A stretch of 64,000 nucleotides of DNA from Selaginella moellendorffii (lineage: Eukaryota > Plantae > Lycopodiophyta), in assembly GCF_000143415.4 (NCBI RefSeq), contig NW_003314296.1, forward strand, positions 1,024,930 through 1,088,929, given 5' to 3'. A program made the position numbers and the translations under genes. Within the stretch, counting starts at the first letter, position 1; each line of letters opens with the position of its first letter. Below the pieces are notes generated by a model, which did no database searches, was not told the origin of the DNA, and was given only the letters and a program-made list of their open reading frames with translations. Shown piece after piece: positions 1 to 13,288 of the stretch.

Positions 1-309
1 GATCAAGTCTTGTGGTACCAAAGGATGTTAGGAACCTGGAAGCTTGGTGTGCTTGGCTGCTTGTGCTTGCAGGGAGTGTAGCCGAACCTTAAGTCCAATC
101 TAACCCGGGGAGGGGGATTGGGAGTGATTTGGGAATCTGTGGATGGAAGGCTAACACTCCGTTGCTTGTGCAGTGCGTAGCTGAGACCAAGTAGGAGCTG
201 GTACCATAGGCGAGAACCTTGGCAAGGGAACTTAGCAAAAGTCAAGGCGGTGTTGGACGGATAGACGAGGTAAGCTGGCAAATTGGAAAGGAAAAATTTG
301 TGGCTTACA
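1..309 (+). mobile_element. LTR end fragment (family A, same as solo LTR 43469-44766), truncated by window start
   Basis: Near reverse complement of about 43469-43787; ends in CTTACA at 304-309. Confidence 0.8.
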
Positions 310-929
310 CTCAGTCCCTTGAGCTTTATCTAATGCCTTTGCAACACTAAACACCACTTCCTAGTGTTTTAGAGTGTTTGGGTGTATTAATGATGGCCTT
401 CTTTAGCAATGAGCTTTCCCTTTACAACATTGACTTACTATTTCGCAACATAAACAGTTTCTGCCCCATAAGGGTATATTTAACTTCCTTATCCCCATAA
501 GAAGTCTTAGGTAGTTACCTTCAACCAATTTAACCAATTATCTTGCACCTCTTGCTTAATTGCCCCATAGTTGTCAAGTCCTATAACTCATTGCTTAGTG
601 CTTCCACACCTCCATCATTATCTGGGTCACCACACTCCAACCACATGCTTTCTAGCTTAGGCTATGCCATTCCCTTGGCAAGGGGTTCCCATGAACCCAT
701 CAACATAACCTCAAGGTATCTCATTTTGTCACATTTGGTGTCTCCACACAGCTCTACGAGCCTACCTCTATAACACTTCTTACTACACCATAGTGTTTAT
801 ACACAATTCTATGCCAAAGTTGCTTTCTTTTTGGGGAACACCTTTCCCACGACTTTAGCATAGCATATTCTGCTATTGATGAAATACCCTCTGTTTTCAT
901 CCTTGGATCTTATGATCCCCCCCATCCTT

Positions 930-1145
930 TAGTCTCAGTTTCAAACTCCATCTCAGGTCCTTTTCGGACTCCATCTCGGATTCCATCTTGGGTCCATCTC
1001 GAACTCCATCTCGGACTCCGTCTCGGTTCATCTCGGACTCCATCTCGAACTCCATCTTGGGTCCATCTCGGACTCCATCTCGGGTCCATCTCGGACTCCA
1101 TCTCGGATCCATCTCGAACTCCATTTTGGGTCCATCTCGGACACT
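930..1145. repeat. 12-bp tandem repeat (GGACTCCATCTC-like), LTR-associated
   Basis: Visible GGACTCCATCTC/GAACTCCATCTC units; related arrays at about 31630-31900, 35940-36050 and 44260-44690. Confidence 0.85.
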
Positions 1146-3589
1146 TCCATGTGTCATGTGTTGGTCCTTTTGGGTCCTTTTTTAGAGCCTCGTTTATTGC
1201 TCGTTTCGTGCTCAATCCTCAAGCACTTTGTTGGGAGTTCCACTCTCGCTCTCGATCTTTCAAATCAGAGCTTTTAGTCCAAACGTGTTATGCTTGTTTG
1301 GTTTTTGCTTTGGCCACTACCACGAGGTGCCCTTCCGGCTCCACTTTGGGGCCTAGGGATTTTGTGTCTCACACCATCTTTGATGTGTTACCATCTCCAA
1401 CTTCTGTGGGACATAATTACATAGTTTGTTTTGTTCTTGATGTTCTACCATCTCTTATTAATATCGAGCATGATTATAACATTGATTAGTGAGCTATAGA
1501 TGATGCAATTTAGTTCTTGGAGAATGTTTGAAGATTGAGTTTATGGGAAGACAATGTATATAAGCTTGAATGGATTTTAGATTGTGATGATGAGTTTAAT
1601 TATTATAAAGATAACTTTGGAGTCGAAGTGGAGATTTCATAGGGTAGGTGCTAATCCTTCAATTTACCATTTGATTCTTTCTCTTAACCTCTTACTCTTT
1701 CCCAACTTTTTCTTATTTTTCAGCATGAGCCATCTTCTTATGTTTTTAGTATTTTTTCCTTATCTGTAGTGTTTCTTTTTCATAACATGTTAATCATGTG
1801 TGACTCTCATGATTCTCATTCTCAATCCAATGTTAAGTTGAGTGTTTTATGTCCTCCTCATACTAATTTAAATGTTAAGTATATGCATGAAGTTGAGAAT
1901 CTTATTTTTATTTCATTGGTAGAGTCTTTAATTAATTCTAGTGTTAAATATTCCCATATTCTAAAGGCTAAATCATTTTGGCTAGAGTTTTGGGTTAAAT
2001 GTGTGTCCCCATTTGTTAATACTGTTGAAAGTTTTTATTTTACCATTGTTACTAAGGAGTTTATATATTCCCTTGAAAGTATGGATATTAATATTGATTT
2101 TTCCATCTCAAGTGTTGAGGAAGTTGAGCAGTGTAAATCTTTTGCTTATATTATGGTGGTTAAAGTATTTTATGATAAGAAGTCCTTTATTTTCCAAGCT
2201 TAGGCACATGTCCTTTTTTTTATTTCCCTATTTTTGCATTTTTTATCTACTGCAAATTCTTTTTTCAATGCATTTTTATCCACTTTTTCTTCTTCCATAC
2301 TATTTCTTCCTTAATTTTTTTTTGCTTTCTCTTTTTTGCCCCAATGCTTCAAACTTTTTTTTCTTCAAAGGAGGGGTTAAAAGGGATAGACTAGAGTCTG
2401 GTACGAACGACATTCAAACAAATGATACATCCTGCACCCATCAATAATCCTCCACGACTATTGTTAACTTAAACTCATGACCATAAATTATTTTTTATCA
2501 TAAGTTATCTTTATCTAACACTACATATGGGAGATTGGACTCACTCCACTTATCCTCTACATCCTCTTTATCCCCTCCTTGAAGGAATTTTTTTTTTTGA
2601 AGTACCAACTTTATTCAGACTCATTATGTTTATTCTTACTCCACTATTTATATTTAACCTCACTCCACTATTACATTTATTTGGCCTTACTATATAAGGG
2701 TTAGATGTTCCATTTAGATTCCCTATCCTTGTCCTCACTCCACAATTTATGTCATTCGTCTTTGCTCTAGTACCATATTCATTTGTCCTCACTCCATTTT
2801 ATAAATTACATTGGTTCTCAAAATCCTTTGTTTTGGTTCAAAATTATGGTTTCAATGTTGGTTCAAGTATTTGGCAATTGCATATGAAGTTACAACTAGT
2901 TCATTAAGATTCTGTAGTCTACTAATGCTTATACCATGGCTTTGGGTTTTCTTTCAATCATGGTTATTAGCAACTTTATTGCTAGTTTTGTGGGAGCTTT
3001 AGATTCATATAGTAATTTATCATTGCCTAATAGAAGCTCCAGATATTCCACCTAACTTATTGTCATCTTCCAAAGGGGAGGATGGTGTAAAATTTGTAAA
3101 TACATATGTGTACATAAATGTATTACCTTGGCTAGGTAATACACTAATTATAATACTATAGTATATTAATTGTCCATTCAAGACTAAATTTGGTCTATCC
3201 ATTATTATATATGAGCATGGGTTTAAACCCCAATTAATATACCATATCCCAAGCACTCATATAATCAGAATTTCATACATATAAAATGATAATGTAGAAA
3301 TATAATATAATTTCACCATTTTCTTCTAAGTTTTAGTTTTCTTATGCAAAACTATAGAATGTGGTAGTGGATATACTTAGAATATTCTTAAATATTTTAG
3401 GATATTCTACCATCTAATAGTTGTTATTCATTTAGACTAATCTTGTAGTTATAATATATAAACATGTTTATAATTTATAAACTTTTCTCAATAAGATTAA
3501 TCTCGATTATAAACATGTTAATAATTATTGATCAATTGATTTATTCAATAATACTAAACAAAAATGACTCTACTATTAAATAAACTAAG

Positions 3590-4170
3590 TGTTGATGCAT
3601 GCAAAGCACAACAAATTATTTATTTCAAGTTTATATTAATTAAGAAACTAGATAGATTTAAATATAAATGAATCCTAATTCCTTAAAAGCAGTATTTAAA
3701 ATATTCTTTACTTAATGAATCTTGCTATGTTATGGTTATGAAAAAAGTGTTAGAACACTATTGATGCCAGAAAAACTTTTGACAAACTAGAACACAACAA
3801 TGTTGTTTCATGAAACATGATGGTTTTGCATAGCAATCTCTCAAACTAAGCTCTAGTTAAAATATTGTATAGTTCTTATTGAGATTGCTCTAATTCTTTA
3901 TCCAAAAGTTTTTTGTGTAAAGAGTTCTCTCTAATGACCATAAGGCAAAGAGTAGAGGCCAAAGTTTAAGTATAATTGTTGGTCTTCCATTATACAGGAG
4001 TGAGATAAAACTAAAGCTTTAAAACTGTTCACATATCTAAGGCAAATGTTTCTCAGTTGGATGAATTCTTGATAAACTAAATTGTTCTTCAAATTTACTC
4101 ATGGATGGTAAACATGATCTATTTTGATCAAAGAAAATTTTAAGAGGAGAAAACAACCATTAGATTAAAG
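3590..4170 (+). pseudogene. Highly decayed, AT-drifted PLS-class PPR remnant
   Basis: Hand translation near 3763 gives DARKTFDKLEHNNVVS*NMM, a PPR-like motif; possible E-domain-like stretch near 4050; many stops. Confidence 0.4.
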
Positions 4171-4785
4171 AATATTTTAAAATATATCTGGATATTTAGG
4201 TATATTTCTTACACTAAAAAGGTCAGTTTTCTCTTTTTATTTTTTCTTTGCGTAAATTTGGTTCGGCCTAATGCCTCCAGTTGAGTGCTACATGACCCAA
4301 AAACATGTATATATAACAGCAATGTCCTTACTGGTATTAAGGTATTAGTGCTAGCAAGATCTCTCCCTATAGTCACTGCAGAGCATTACTTCTATTACTA
4401 TTTCCTACTCTCCCTCTCCTCCCTCCGAAACGTTGGATTGAACGCATCGATCGATCAAGGTATGGCATAGAAGAATCTCGGTGACTGATTCGAAGGCGAC
4501 TGTTGCATCACAGATCGCATAATTCTTCTGGGAGGCTGGATGTGATGGATTCTTCCTGGAGCCAGGTTGCGAGTGATAAACATTCAGGAGTCCATCACCA
4601 AACCCGAGGTTGCTCGGGGGAAGGTTGGATCGGATGACCCCCCCCCCCCCCCCCCGGGATAGTGAAATTAGCACCCTCATGCACTGGACGACCGTCCCTG
4701 GCCCTGGTAGTTCGTAGGAGATTCGGGGATGAATTGGAACGGAGCTGCAAACTGGACTAGGCAAAGTTCTTGAGCGGTGTAGAGG

Positions 4786-4840
4786 TGGTGCAGGTTTCGA
4801 CCCTGCGACCTTGGCGTTCGCTCTACCAACAACTATCCCC
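4786..4840 (-). pseudogene. tRNA remnant lacking the anticodon arm (tRNA-Ile-like 3' half)
   Basis: Minus strand reads GTTGGTAGAGCG-AACGCCAAGGTCGCAGGGTCGAAACCTGCA; the 3' part matches the tRNA-Ile at 22924 with one mismatch. Confidence 0.65.
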
Positions 4841-5035
4841 AGTCATTTCAAAAAAAGCTGGCCCATACCTGCTAAATTAGCCCGTTCCTCAATCAGTTCT
4901 CGCTAGTTTTCGTGCATTCAAGCAGCTCCAAAGCACCAACACTATGTGATGGTTTTTTTCTTCCCTTATGCTCTTTGAAAATTCCTGTGGCCTCCTGTTA
5001 CTTACTCCTTTCTTTTTTCTGCGCTCTTGCAGCAG

Positions 5036-5880
5036 GGTACAAGAGAAAAAGTAAAAGTATGCTTGTCATTGGCTTGAGTTTCCACACAGCTCCAAGCTGC
5101 ATGAAAACTGGCAATTCCCGAGAGTGATTGATCTCGAGTCATCAAGGAGCTTTGTAGCTTGATCCGCATCGAAGAGGCAACAGTTCTTAGTACGTGTAAT
5201 CGCACAGAAACCTATGTTCTAGCTCTCCATGGATGCCAAAGGTAAATTTCTTTGCTTTCTTACGTTTTCTTAGCTCTTTCTTTTTCTCCCGACAGATCAG
5301 TGGAGCCTCTGTAGAGAGCTGAGACCACATTTGTTTGTCTTCCGGGAAGATGATGCTGTCTTTAAATCGCTCGAGAGGCCGGACCTCTCACTCGGGCCAA
5401 GACAGAAATCTCAACAGGAGCAATGTCGGTCAGTGCCGCTGCTGTGGAATGGCAGCTCTCAAACTCGGTGTAATTGAGCAGCTCCAGCGCTCGAAAGTTT
5501 TGATCGTCAGTGCTGAAACCATGGTGAAGCTGCTCGTGAAGCATTTGGTTTCCAAGGGCTGCTCTAGGATGGTAAAACCTAGACCAAAGGTACAGTCGAG
5601 CACAGGAGCTTGGAGACATTTTAAGTTTGTGCTGGAGAGGCTGACATGATGAGTCTGGCTCCTAGAGTGCAGTTCCTTGAAACGTTGGAGCCTGCCTGGA
5701 GGATGTTCCAAATGCCAGAGTTTTCAATGTGGATGACCTCAAGGAAGTGGTGGCAAGAGGCTGCTCGAGCGGAAATTCTGATCAAGAAAGAGCTTGCTAC
5801 TTCACATGGTGCCAACTATCAAAACGTTGCAAGCTTTTGCGGTGGAGATATGGTAGAGAAAGACCAAGATGCTCCCTAGA
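5036..5880 (+). pseudogene. HEMA: Glutamyl-tRNA reductase pseudogene (frameshifts, stops, large internal deletions)
   Basis: Motifs in order across frames: [105 protein letters not shown]. Confidence 0.88.
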
Positions 5881-8339
5881 TGGGGAAGAACTCTGATTTT
5901 AGTTTCAAGTTGTTGCTTAAGTTTAGAAAAAATAGCTTATTATTTGTTGATATTTCTAAAAAAAAATAGTTTTAGAAATTAAGTTAAAATGTTATTGTGA
6001 GTGCATTGGCCCTCACATTATTAAATATTGGTAGTCATTATTTGTAACTAGGTTTCAAGTGTCAATTAGAAGTTTTCTTAAGTTAATATTTATAGTTTCT
6101 ACTTGCTATATATGACTAATAGTTAAAAACAAAAAAATATATATAGTTGTTATGTTTAGTTATTATTTTTTACTAAAGTTTTTACTAAATGTTATATTAA
6201 ATTTTAAGTCAAAAAATATAGTTATAAAGATGAGAATTTAAGTCATTATATGTAATTATAAACTTGTTTTAAAGACTTTGAATTTTTCAAGAATAAGTTT
6301 CATTCAGATTCTTGACATTTTATTGTGTTGTAACTTACATTAAATTATTTTTTCAACTTACATTTTAATAACTTTAGCTTTTACCACACCTACTTTTGGT
6401 TATAATTTTTTTTTATATTGATTATTCAATATATACGTGATTTTACAAAAGCTTTAAACTATTATTCCAATTTATACCTCCACAAAAATAATTTTATATT
6501 TACCTGAAAAATCTTATTTTTTAAATTACAAAAGTTTGAAATTAAATCTTTGCAAATTTAATTAAGATCTGCTCCTATTGTAGTTTAATTACTTTTTGAT
6601 AGCATATCTTCCTTTGCTATTAACTTCAAGACTCTGTTGCTCACTCAAATTAGCTAAAGAAAAATTAAAAAATTAAATATCTTTATAAAAAAAACTAAAA
6701 CAATAAAATTTTTTTCAATACAAATAATGATTTCTAAAATGGATCATTTATATTTTTAATAGTACAGGTTTCTAAATAATATAGTTTTTATAATGATAAA
6801 AAAACTTTAAATAGCATTAGATAGTGCATGCTTTTTTATTCTTTTTGTTTGATTGTCTTACATACCACTTAAATGAAATAGATAATAAACAATTAAATAT
6901 ATAAGAATGTTACTAGAAAATTTTTAAAATATGAAAGCTCATAAAAGATGAATAATCATTTAATACTATTAGGTAGCAATATCTAATTTGAGTTTTATGA
7001 TTCATACAGATGAATATTAACAATTTTCATGGGCAACATGATGATTCTGTAAGTAATATAAAAAACTTAGCTGCATGTAAAATGAAGCAAAATATATGGT
7101 TATGCCATAATGAAAACTTTGATAATAATACTTTAATAAATCATTAGAATATATTGATTATTGATAGTATAAAGGTCTTATTACTATGATTTATTATCAT
7201 TATATAGAAAACTATTACTCAATCAATGTGCCACCAACTTTAGAAATTAAGCCTTTATTTATATTTTGTATTACTTACCTGATATATTAAAACTAAATAA
7301 TACAAATGACTCCAAAATAATGGGCAACATATTATTTGGTTTTTTCATTAATTTTATTAGAGAAATATAGTTAGAACCATATGAAATTGTATATTTCTTG
7401 AATCTTTGCAAAATTTGGATAATCATATTTAAACTTTTTTCAGATTGAACTATCTATAAGCATCTCATTATTCCATTAGTGTATTAATGATTAAAATGGT
7501 GTTATTTCTTTATTGAAATTGTTATTGTAGTCAAGGAATAATAGGAAAATAGCACATAGTAATTTTCTCATATATATTATTATAAAAACTTTATATTTGT
7601 TAATATTATCAATTCAATAAAATAGAAGGTCCTTATTCTCCTGATAAAATAGATAATAAATTTTCTTTATTCCTATGTAACCATTCTGAAAAATAATCAA
7701 ATAAATTACCAATGTTATCATTGCTACCAAATTAATACCACTACTTAAATTAATACCACCATCATCTAGAGCTATAAAACTTCCACAAATTTCAAAATGC
7801 TACTTTTATAGAATAATAAATTTATGTAATAAAATGCCCTGAATATCTTTCATTGGAAACCATGCATCATGTAGTGCTAAAGTATGTCTACCATAAAGAC
7901 AAATACAATTTGTGATAATTTATGAGGTGAATATAATTACCTCCACACATCAAATAACAACATTTATAAATCCTAAACAAAACATATAATATGGATTTGA
8001 GAAGGAAAAATATTACAAAGTTTTGTGTTAAAGAATTATGAGTTGATATAACTATTACTGAAATTTATGACTAAAACTTTTGCAATTAAACTTACAGTTT
8101 AGTTACTAGAAACATATATAAAATGGTCTAGTTTAAAGAATAAGTTTTAAGTAGTGATAAAAATTATGATATATATTTCAGTTGTAAAGTATAAATTTAA
8201 TTTCCAACTAAATGTTTTGTGAATATAAAATTTATCACAAATTACAATATAATTTTGTAACTAAAGCCAATTTGCTACTAATGCTAACTTAAATTAACAA
8301 TAACTTTAAAAAATCATTAAAATAATATATCATTATAAG

Positions 8340-8610
8340 GCATTTGTAATCCAGTAGGCTAGCAGCAACCAATATCATTCCCTCGAGCAATAGGCAATGG
8401 AAGAGATAGATGGCCTTGTGGAAATCTCCTGACTGGACGTTAGCATTGGTGATTGCGGTCCAAACAAGCTTGCCTAGAGCCAATATTATATTAAAGACTC
8501 TAGCTTCAGCGAGGCTGCCACATTTGATATACACTGGTTTCCAAGGTGGTGGTCTCGATCTAGCCCAGGTCTGACGATCTGCAAGTGGATTATTTGAGCA
8601 GTATCTTCCG
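8340..8610 (-). pseudogene. PLS-class PPR fragment
   Basis: YIKCGSLAEARVF...VWTAITNANVQSGDFHKAIYLFHCLLLEG in ORF 8289-8534; truncated into AT-rich DNA. Confidence 0.75.
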
Positions 8611-8741
8611 GGAATGATTGATGTTGATGAACAGGGGGAAGAAGAGTGAATTGCTGCTAAAGGAGGCCTTGAAAAGGAAGAGGAAGTTCTTTGTTAGAGT
8701 GAAAGTTTCCAAGCTTATACCAAACATTTGAAAACTCCTTT

Positions 8742-8842
8742 CTCAGGGCACCACAATATATTGTAAACCTTCGAAATATATTATAAACCTTCGCACGTGA
8801 AGAATAATTTTTCAGGGCACCACAATATATTATAAACCTTCG
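8742..8842. repeat. Short local direct repeat (TCAGGGCACCACAATATATT(G/A)TAAACCTTCG x2 plus a partial copy)
   Basis: Seen directly. Confidence 0.7.
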
Positions 8843-9576
8843 CTAATATAAGATGCAAAGAAAGCAAGCAAAAAACATTCAACAGGGGATCTAGAACAGA
8901 TAGATATAACTATTGGATGGTTAGACAGTTGGAGAACATTGAACATTTTGGAATTCCAGAATGCCCCACTATAGCCTGATTAGACTCTTGTAACTCCACC
9001 ACTGCTAACGATTGTGATCAGATATCCTACCTCTTTATACTGGGGAGCTTCAAATAGCAATCACCATGCCCAAAACTGTGCTTGAAATACTACTCTAGAG
9101 AACCATCTAGATTATTGCCTTTTTTTCTGTGAAGACCCACAATGAGATGTAAACTAACCTCGCTCACCCGCCGAGCTATTCTGTCTATCTCAGCCATCAC
9201 TCTTGAGTTGCAGCTTCCTACAACTTCCTTTCCTCCTTCTCATCTAACTGGTATAGTAAGTAAGGGCGTCATCTTGATGCCGTGCTCCCATTGGATAAAA
9301 TATATTGAAAAAATGGATGAGGATGTCATGGTTGGTTCTCCCGTTCCATTTCTTTAGTAAACTGTTCTCACCCTTCTCTTGGGCCACGGGCTAGACGTGC
9401 TCTTTTGTCTCTTCCAAGCTTCAAGAACTCTGGGGCACATGGACTTTCTGAACATCTGGTCCATCCAGTCCAATTTCAAACAACACTGAGGCATTAGAAA
9501 CTTTGACTCTCTTACTCAAAAAGTTGGAGGATATGCTAAAAAAATTCTGAGCGTCTGGACGAATACTGTGAGTCTG

Positions 9577-9745
9577 GCAAGACGTATGCAAGCAAAGAGG
9601 AGGAGATGTACCGCTTCGGCGTGTTCAAGCAAAACTACTTGTGGTGCAGGATCACAACAGCAACCCACACGCAGCTGGGCTCAACAAGTTCTCAGATATG
9701 GACATGAAAGAGTTCACTAGTATATACTGTGGTTGCAAGTCCCCC
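9577..9745 (+). pseudogene. Cathepsin/papain propeptide inhibitor (I29) domain remnant, frameshifted
   Basis: GKTYASKEEEMYRFGVFKQN, then in a shifted frame HN...GLNKFSDMDMKEF (ERFNIN- and GNFD-like motifs). Confidence 0.75.
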
Positions 9746-10729
9746 ACCAGACCGTATGTAGCGTCTGGGTAAATCAAAGGAAAGACGTTTGAAATTCTTT
9801 GACGAGTCGGAATCGAGAACCTTCCTGGAGAAAGAAGAGCCCGACACGACTGTGCATGTACCGTAGCTTTGAGAACTCTTGGGTTCCATCCAGTCCATGC
9901 ATTCTGGAGCAACACTAGCTCCACAGATCGTTTAGTCTGAATTTCGATAAACTTGAATTCAGATTAAGGAGCAGCCTCAATCAAGGATGATGCTTCCTGG
10001 CCTCAGATCTTTGAGTTTAAGACTGGATTTCTAAGGGCTTGGCGTCGAGTGCGTGTTCTCTTCACTTTGACATTTCGACTAGTTTTTTCTCTAGTTGGCA
10101 CGGGGCGGGAGACAAACATATGCTTCCTGTGCTTCCTGTCGAGGAGATTGGAAAGGAGTTTTCAAAGTGGCTCAAAAGGTGAAAGTATGTCTCCCTGTGC
10201 GAATCTTAAGCCGGCCTGCTCAGGGATCTGGCCTGGAGCTACAGGAGTCGACTTTCTTTCTTGTGATATTTTCTGTAGAACCAAAGCTTGGAGCACGACT
10301 ACTTCAAGGGACAAGAGTGTTTTCAGGAGGAAAGCATGCATATCGCGACTGGTGAGGTTTCTCTCTTTTATGTAACTTAAACCTTGTCTGCTACTTGACT
10401 TGAGCAGCTTCTCGATAAAGATAAACTCTCGCAGGCTCAAAAAGACTATGGTGGTGGAATTAAGGGTATGCAACTCTTGCATCACCGTGCCATGGCGTTT
10501 CAGATAAGCTTCTTCGTGCTCATCTCTGATTTTGCCTGAAAGACCGGGGAGAAGCTGCCTAATTAAACCGACATACAAATCTGAACTTGGGGGTTTATAA
10601 AAAGATATTAAATTCTATTTACATAAACAAGTATCAATCATCAACTAGAATACATTTGTAGTATTTGAAAGAGATCTTTGATCTAGATAATAATACTTAC
10701 ATCAATTCTGCTCTGTTCCATGGGGGCTC

Positions 10730-11030
10730 ATTTGAACACAACTTTTGCTCTTTTAAGAATGGTATTGGTGGCAATATTCCTCAAGTTTGGGCTTCACTCT
10801 GCACTGGAGGAACTTCAAATAGCACATAACACTTTCACTGACCAGCAAATCTTTGTTGAAGTGATGTTCTCAAACTTTGTTCTTTCTCACCACTAGTCAG
10901 GAACAGCTTAAGTGGAAACCTTGGCATCAAGAACAGCAGTAGCCATCTTGTTTTCATAGACTCAAGCAGGAACCAGATCATTAGAGGCAAGTGAGTTTTG
11001 TGGCTCGATCCTTGATAGCCCAGTTTCACA
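10730..11030 (+). pseudogene. Leucine-rich repeat gene remnant
   Basis: Fragments NGIGGNIPQ, LEELQIAHNTFT, RNSLSGNL and LVFIDSSRNQI resemble the plant extracellular LRR consensus. Confidence 0.45.
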
Positions 11031-11748
11031 GCACGCACTTCCCATAATTTTAATTTTAACACGTAAATGATAAATTTTATGTTAATATATGTTCATATGC
11101 ATTACATAACATTTCTTAAGCCACTAGTCCAAATTACATAAAATACTTTACATAAAATTCATATTAAACAGTGGGTGTGAATAAACACTCATTATAATCT
11201 TTTCAAAGTTTCTATTGATCATTAAAAAATAAAAATAAAAAATAAAGAAAAATAATTTAAAATCTAGAAGCTAATCACTAACAATCTTTGAAACTTTCCA
11301 CAGTAGTTTTTCCTTTTCTTATTAATCACTAATATTTGATCATGTAACTTTGAAAAAAAGGATTTTTAGAGTAAAGGTGTCAACAGAATATTTTAAGTAA
11401 TAATTGATTATTCATAGACTAAAATTCTCCATAAAATAATTTGGTTTGGCCTCTGTTTTGCCACTTAAGCTTACACACTTGAAACACTAAAATTCTGCCA
11501 CCCTCTTGATCCGTCAAAGAAACTTGGTGATAAAGAAAAACTCCCTCGTTTGTCTATGCTCTACTACTGAACCTTCTTGCATTTTTTGGCAAATCAATGC
11601 TTGGCTTGTTTGCTGCATGGCTATTGCCGCGTGGAGAGCGCTAGTCTTGCATGGACCTCTTTTTAGCTAGGGCTTCCTTGTCAAGAGTAGCGCCTTGAAT
11701 CCATCCTCTTCGATAATCTCCTGGTTTTTCCTGCAAGAATCGGCGGCA

Positions 11749-13201
11749 ATGGTGATGAGATTCGTGTTCTTGCTGCTCCTGGCACTGGGATTCGCCAGCG
11801 CCAAGGACTCGTCGGATCTCGTGCTTCCCCACCCCAGGAAGGTCGTGAAAGAGAAGGGCGGGAGGATTTTGGGCTGGGATCGCGACGCCACAGCGTTCGA
11901 AGAGATCGGCGTCAAGAGCGAGATCATCCATTTGAAGCCAAATGGTTTGGTGCTGCCAATGTATGTGGATGCCGATAGCTTGTGCTACGTCTTGGAAGGG
12001 AGGGCTACTGCTGGAATCGTTCGCCCTTCTGGAGAAGCCACAAACACGAGGTACTTTGATCGAATGATCTTCTCATGCTCTTTAGATTCATGTTCTCTAT
12101 CAAGTTCTTCTTCAGATTCGTGTTCTTCTTTAGATTCGAATTCTTCTCATGCTCTTTAGATTTTCTCTATTAAGTTCTTGTTTTTAGATTGTTTTCTCAA
12201 AGCCTTGAAATCTTTTCCAGATATGTGAGAGTTGGAGATGTTGTAGCTCTTCCCGCTGGATGGATGGTTTGGCTATGGAACACTGGTGGATTGGGCATGA
12301 AGATGTTTTGCGTGAACAAGCCAGTCCTCCAGGAAGATTGTAAGTCGTGCAAGACTTACTTTCTTGCCGGATCCGAGGAAAGCAAGAAGGGCTCTTTCCT
12401 CCACGGATTCAGCGACGAGGTTCTCAAGAGGACGTTCCAAGTTGATATGAAAGAAGCTCGCAGCATCGTTGAAGCGCAGAAGAGCTCCGTGTTTGCGGAC
12501 GCAAAGGCAAGCTTTTTCTTCTTCCTCTTTCGAAAGATGGTCACTGGATTTTGTTTCCCCGCGTAGGAATTCGACAACGAAGTTAGCAGTGATCAATCTG
12601 ACAATGGAGAGATGCGAGGTGATCTTTCTTTCAACATGGAGATTGCTCACCCGGATGTGATCGAGTCCGGTGGCCGTATGACGCTCCTGGACGATACCAA
12701 GATGAGGATCCTGGAACACTTGAGCTTTGGAGCGGTTCGCGTCAAGCTCAATCCCTCCAGCATGTTTGCTCCACAGTGGCTTCTCGGCTCTGGACAAATC
12801 GTCTACGTGACCAAAGGAAAAGGCCGAGTCGAGGTTGCAACGCAAGAAGGCCAAGCAGCTATCGAGCAGACGGTTGATGCTGGCGACGTTTTCGTTGTTC
12901 CACCATATCATCCTCACGCTGTTGTAAGTCTTTCTAGACGATCTTCGATTGTTTGAGCTCTGGCTGTTTGTCTCAGGTGAATACTGGGAGCTCCCCAATG
13001 GAATGGATTTGCATCCACTTCACGTCGAGCTTCTACCCGAGTTTTCTGTCCGGATCGAGGTCTGTCTACGCGTCCATCCCTCTGGAAGTTCTCAGTGCGT
13101 CTCTCAACACCTCCGACGATGTCGCTGACATGGTTCGCAGCGCTCACGCAAGCGAGAAGATGTTTTTCACGCTCGACCGTGGTTTCTTCAGTATCGTGTA
13201 A
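11749..13201 (+). CDS. Bicupin storage-globulin-like protein (vicilin/legumin-like) with signal peptide; exons about 11749-12050, 12221-12506, 12567-12923, 12977-13201
   Basis: Hydrophobic signal MVMRFVFLLLLALGFASA; cupin motifs LKPNGLVLPMYVDADSLCYVLEG, GDVVALPAG, LNPSSMFAPQW..QIVYVTKGKGRVEV, AGDVFVVPPYHPH; GT-AG introns and one GC-AG intron keep the frame. Confidence 0.9.
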
Positions 13202-13288
13202 GAAGTGTTCCTGTAAATAAAGAGGAAAGATCATCGAGCTCAAGAGCACGAGCAGAGTAACAGGAGAGGGAAATAAAAGAAGAGAGCT

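Noticed and set aside
897-1215. Multiple overlapping ORFs (ESEM/PSRT-type)
   Set aside because: By-products of a stop-free 12-bp tandem repeat
1320-3300. T-rich ORFs 1584-2447 and similar
   Set aside because: Low-complexity, strand-skewed decayed DNA with no recognisable domain
4329-4355. Possible Helitron 3' hairpin plus CTAG
   Set aside because: The hairpin is imperfect, spacing is atypical and no 5' end was found
4405-4764. 119-aa ORF with a G-patch-like LPPSNLGFG
   Set aside because: The rest of the G-patch consensus is missing, the start is non-ATG and it spans a C homopolymer
5900-8290. Giant-virus or organellar insertion as the source of the AT-rich island
   Set aside because: No hallmark gene is recognisable; kept only as an unexplained low-interest finding
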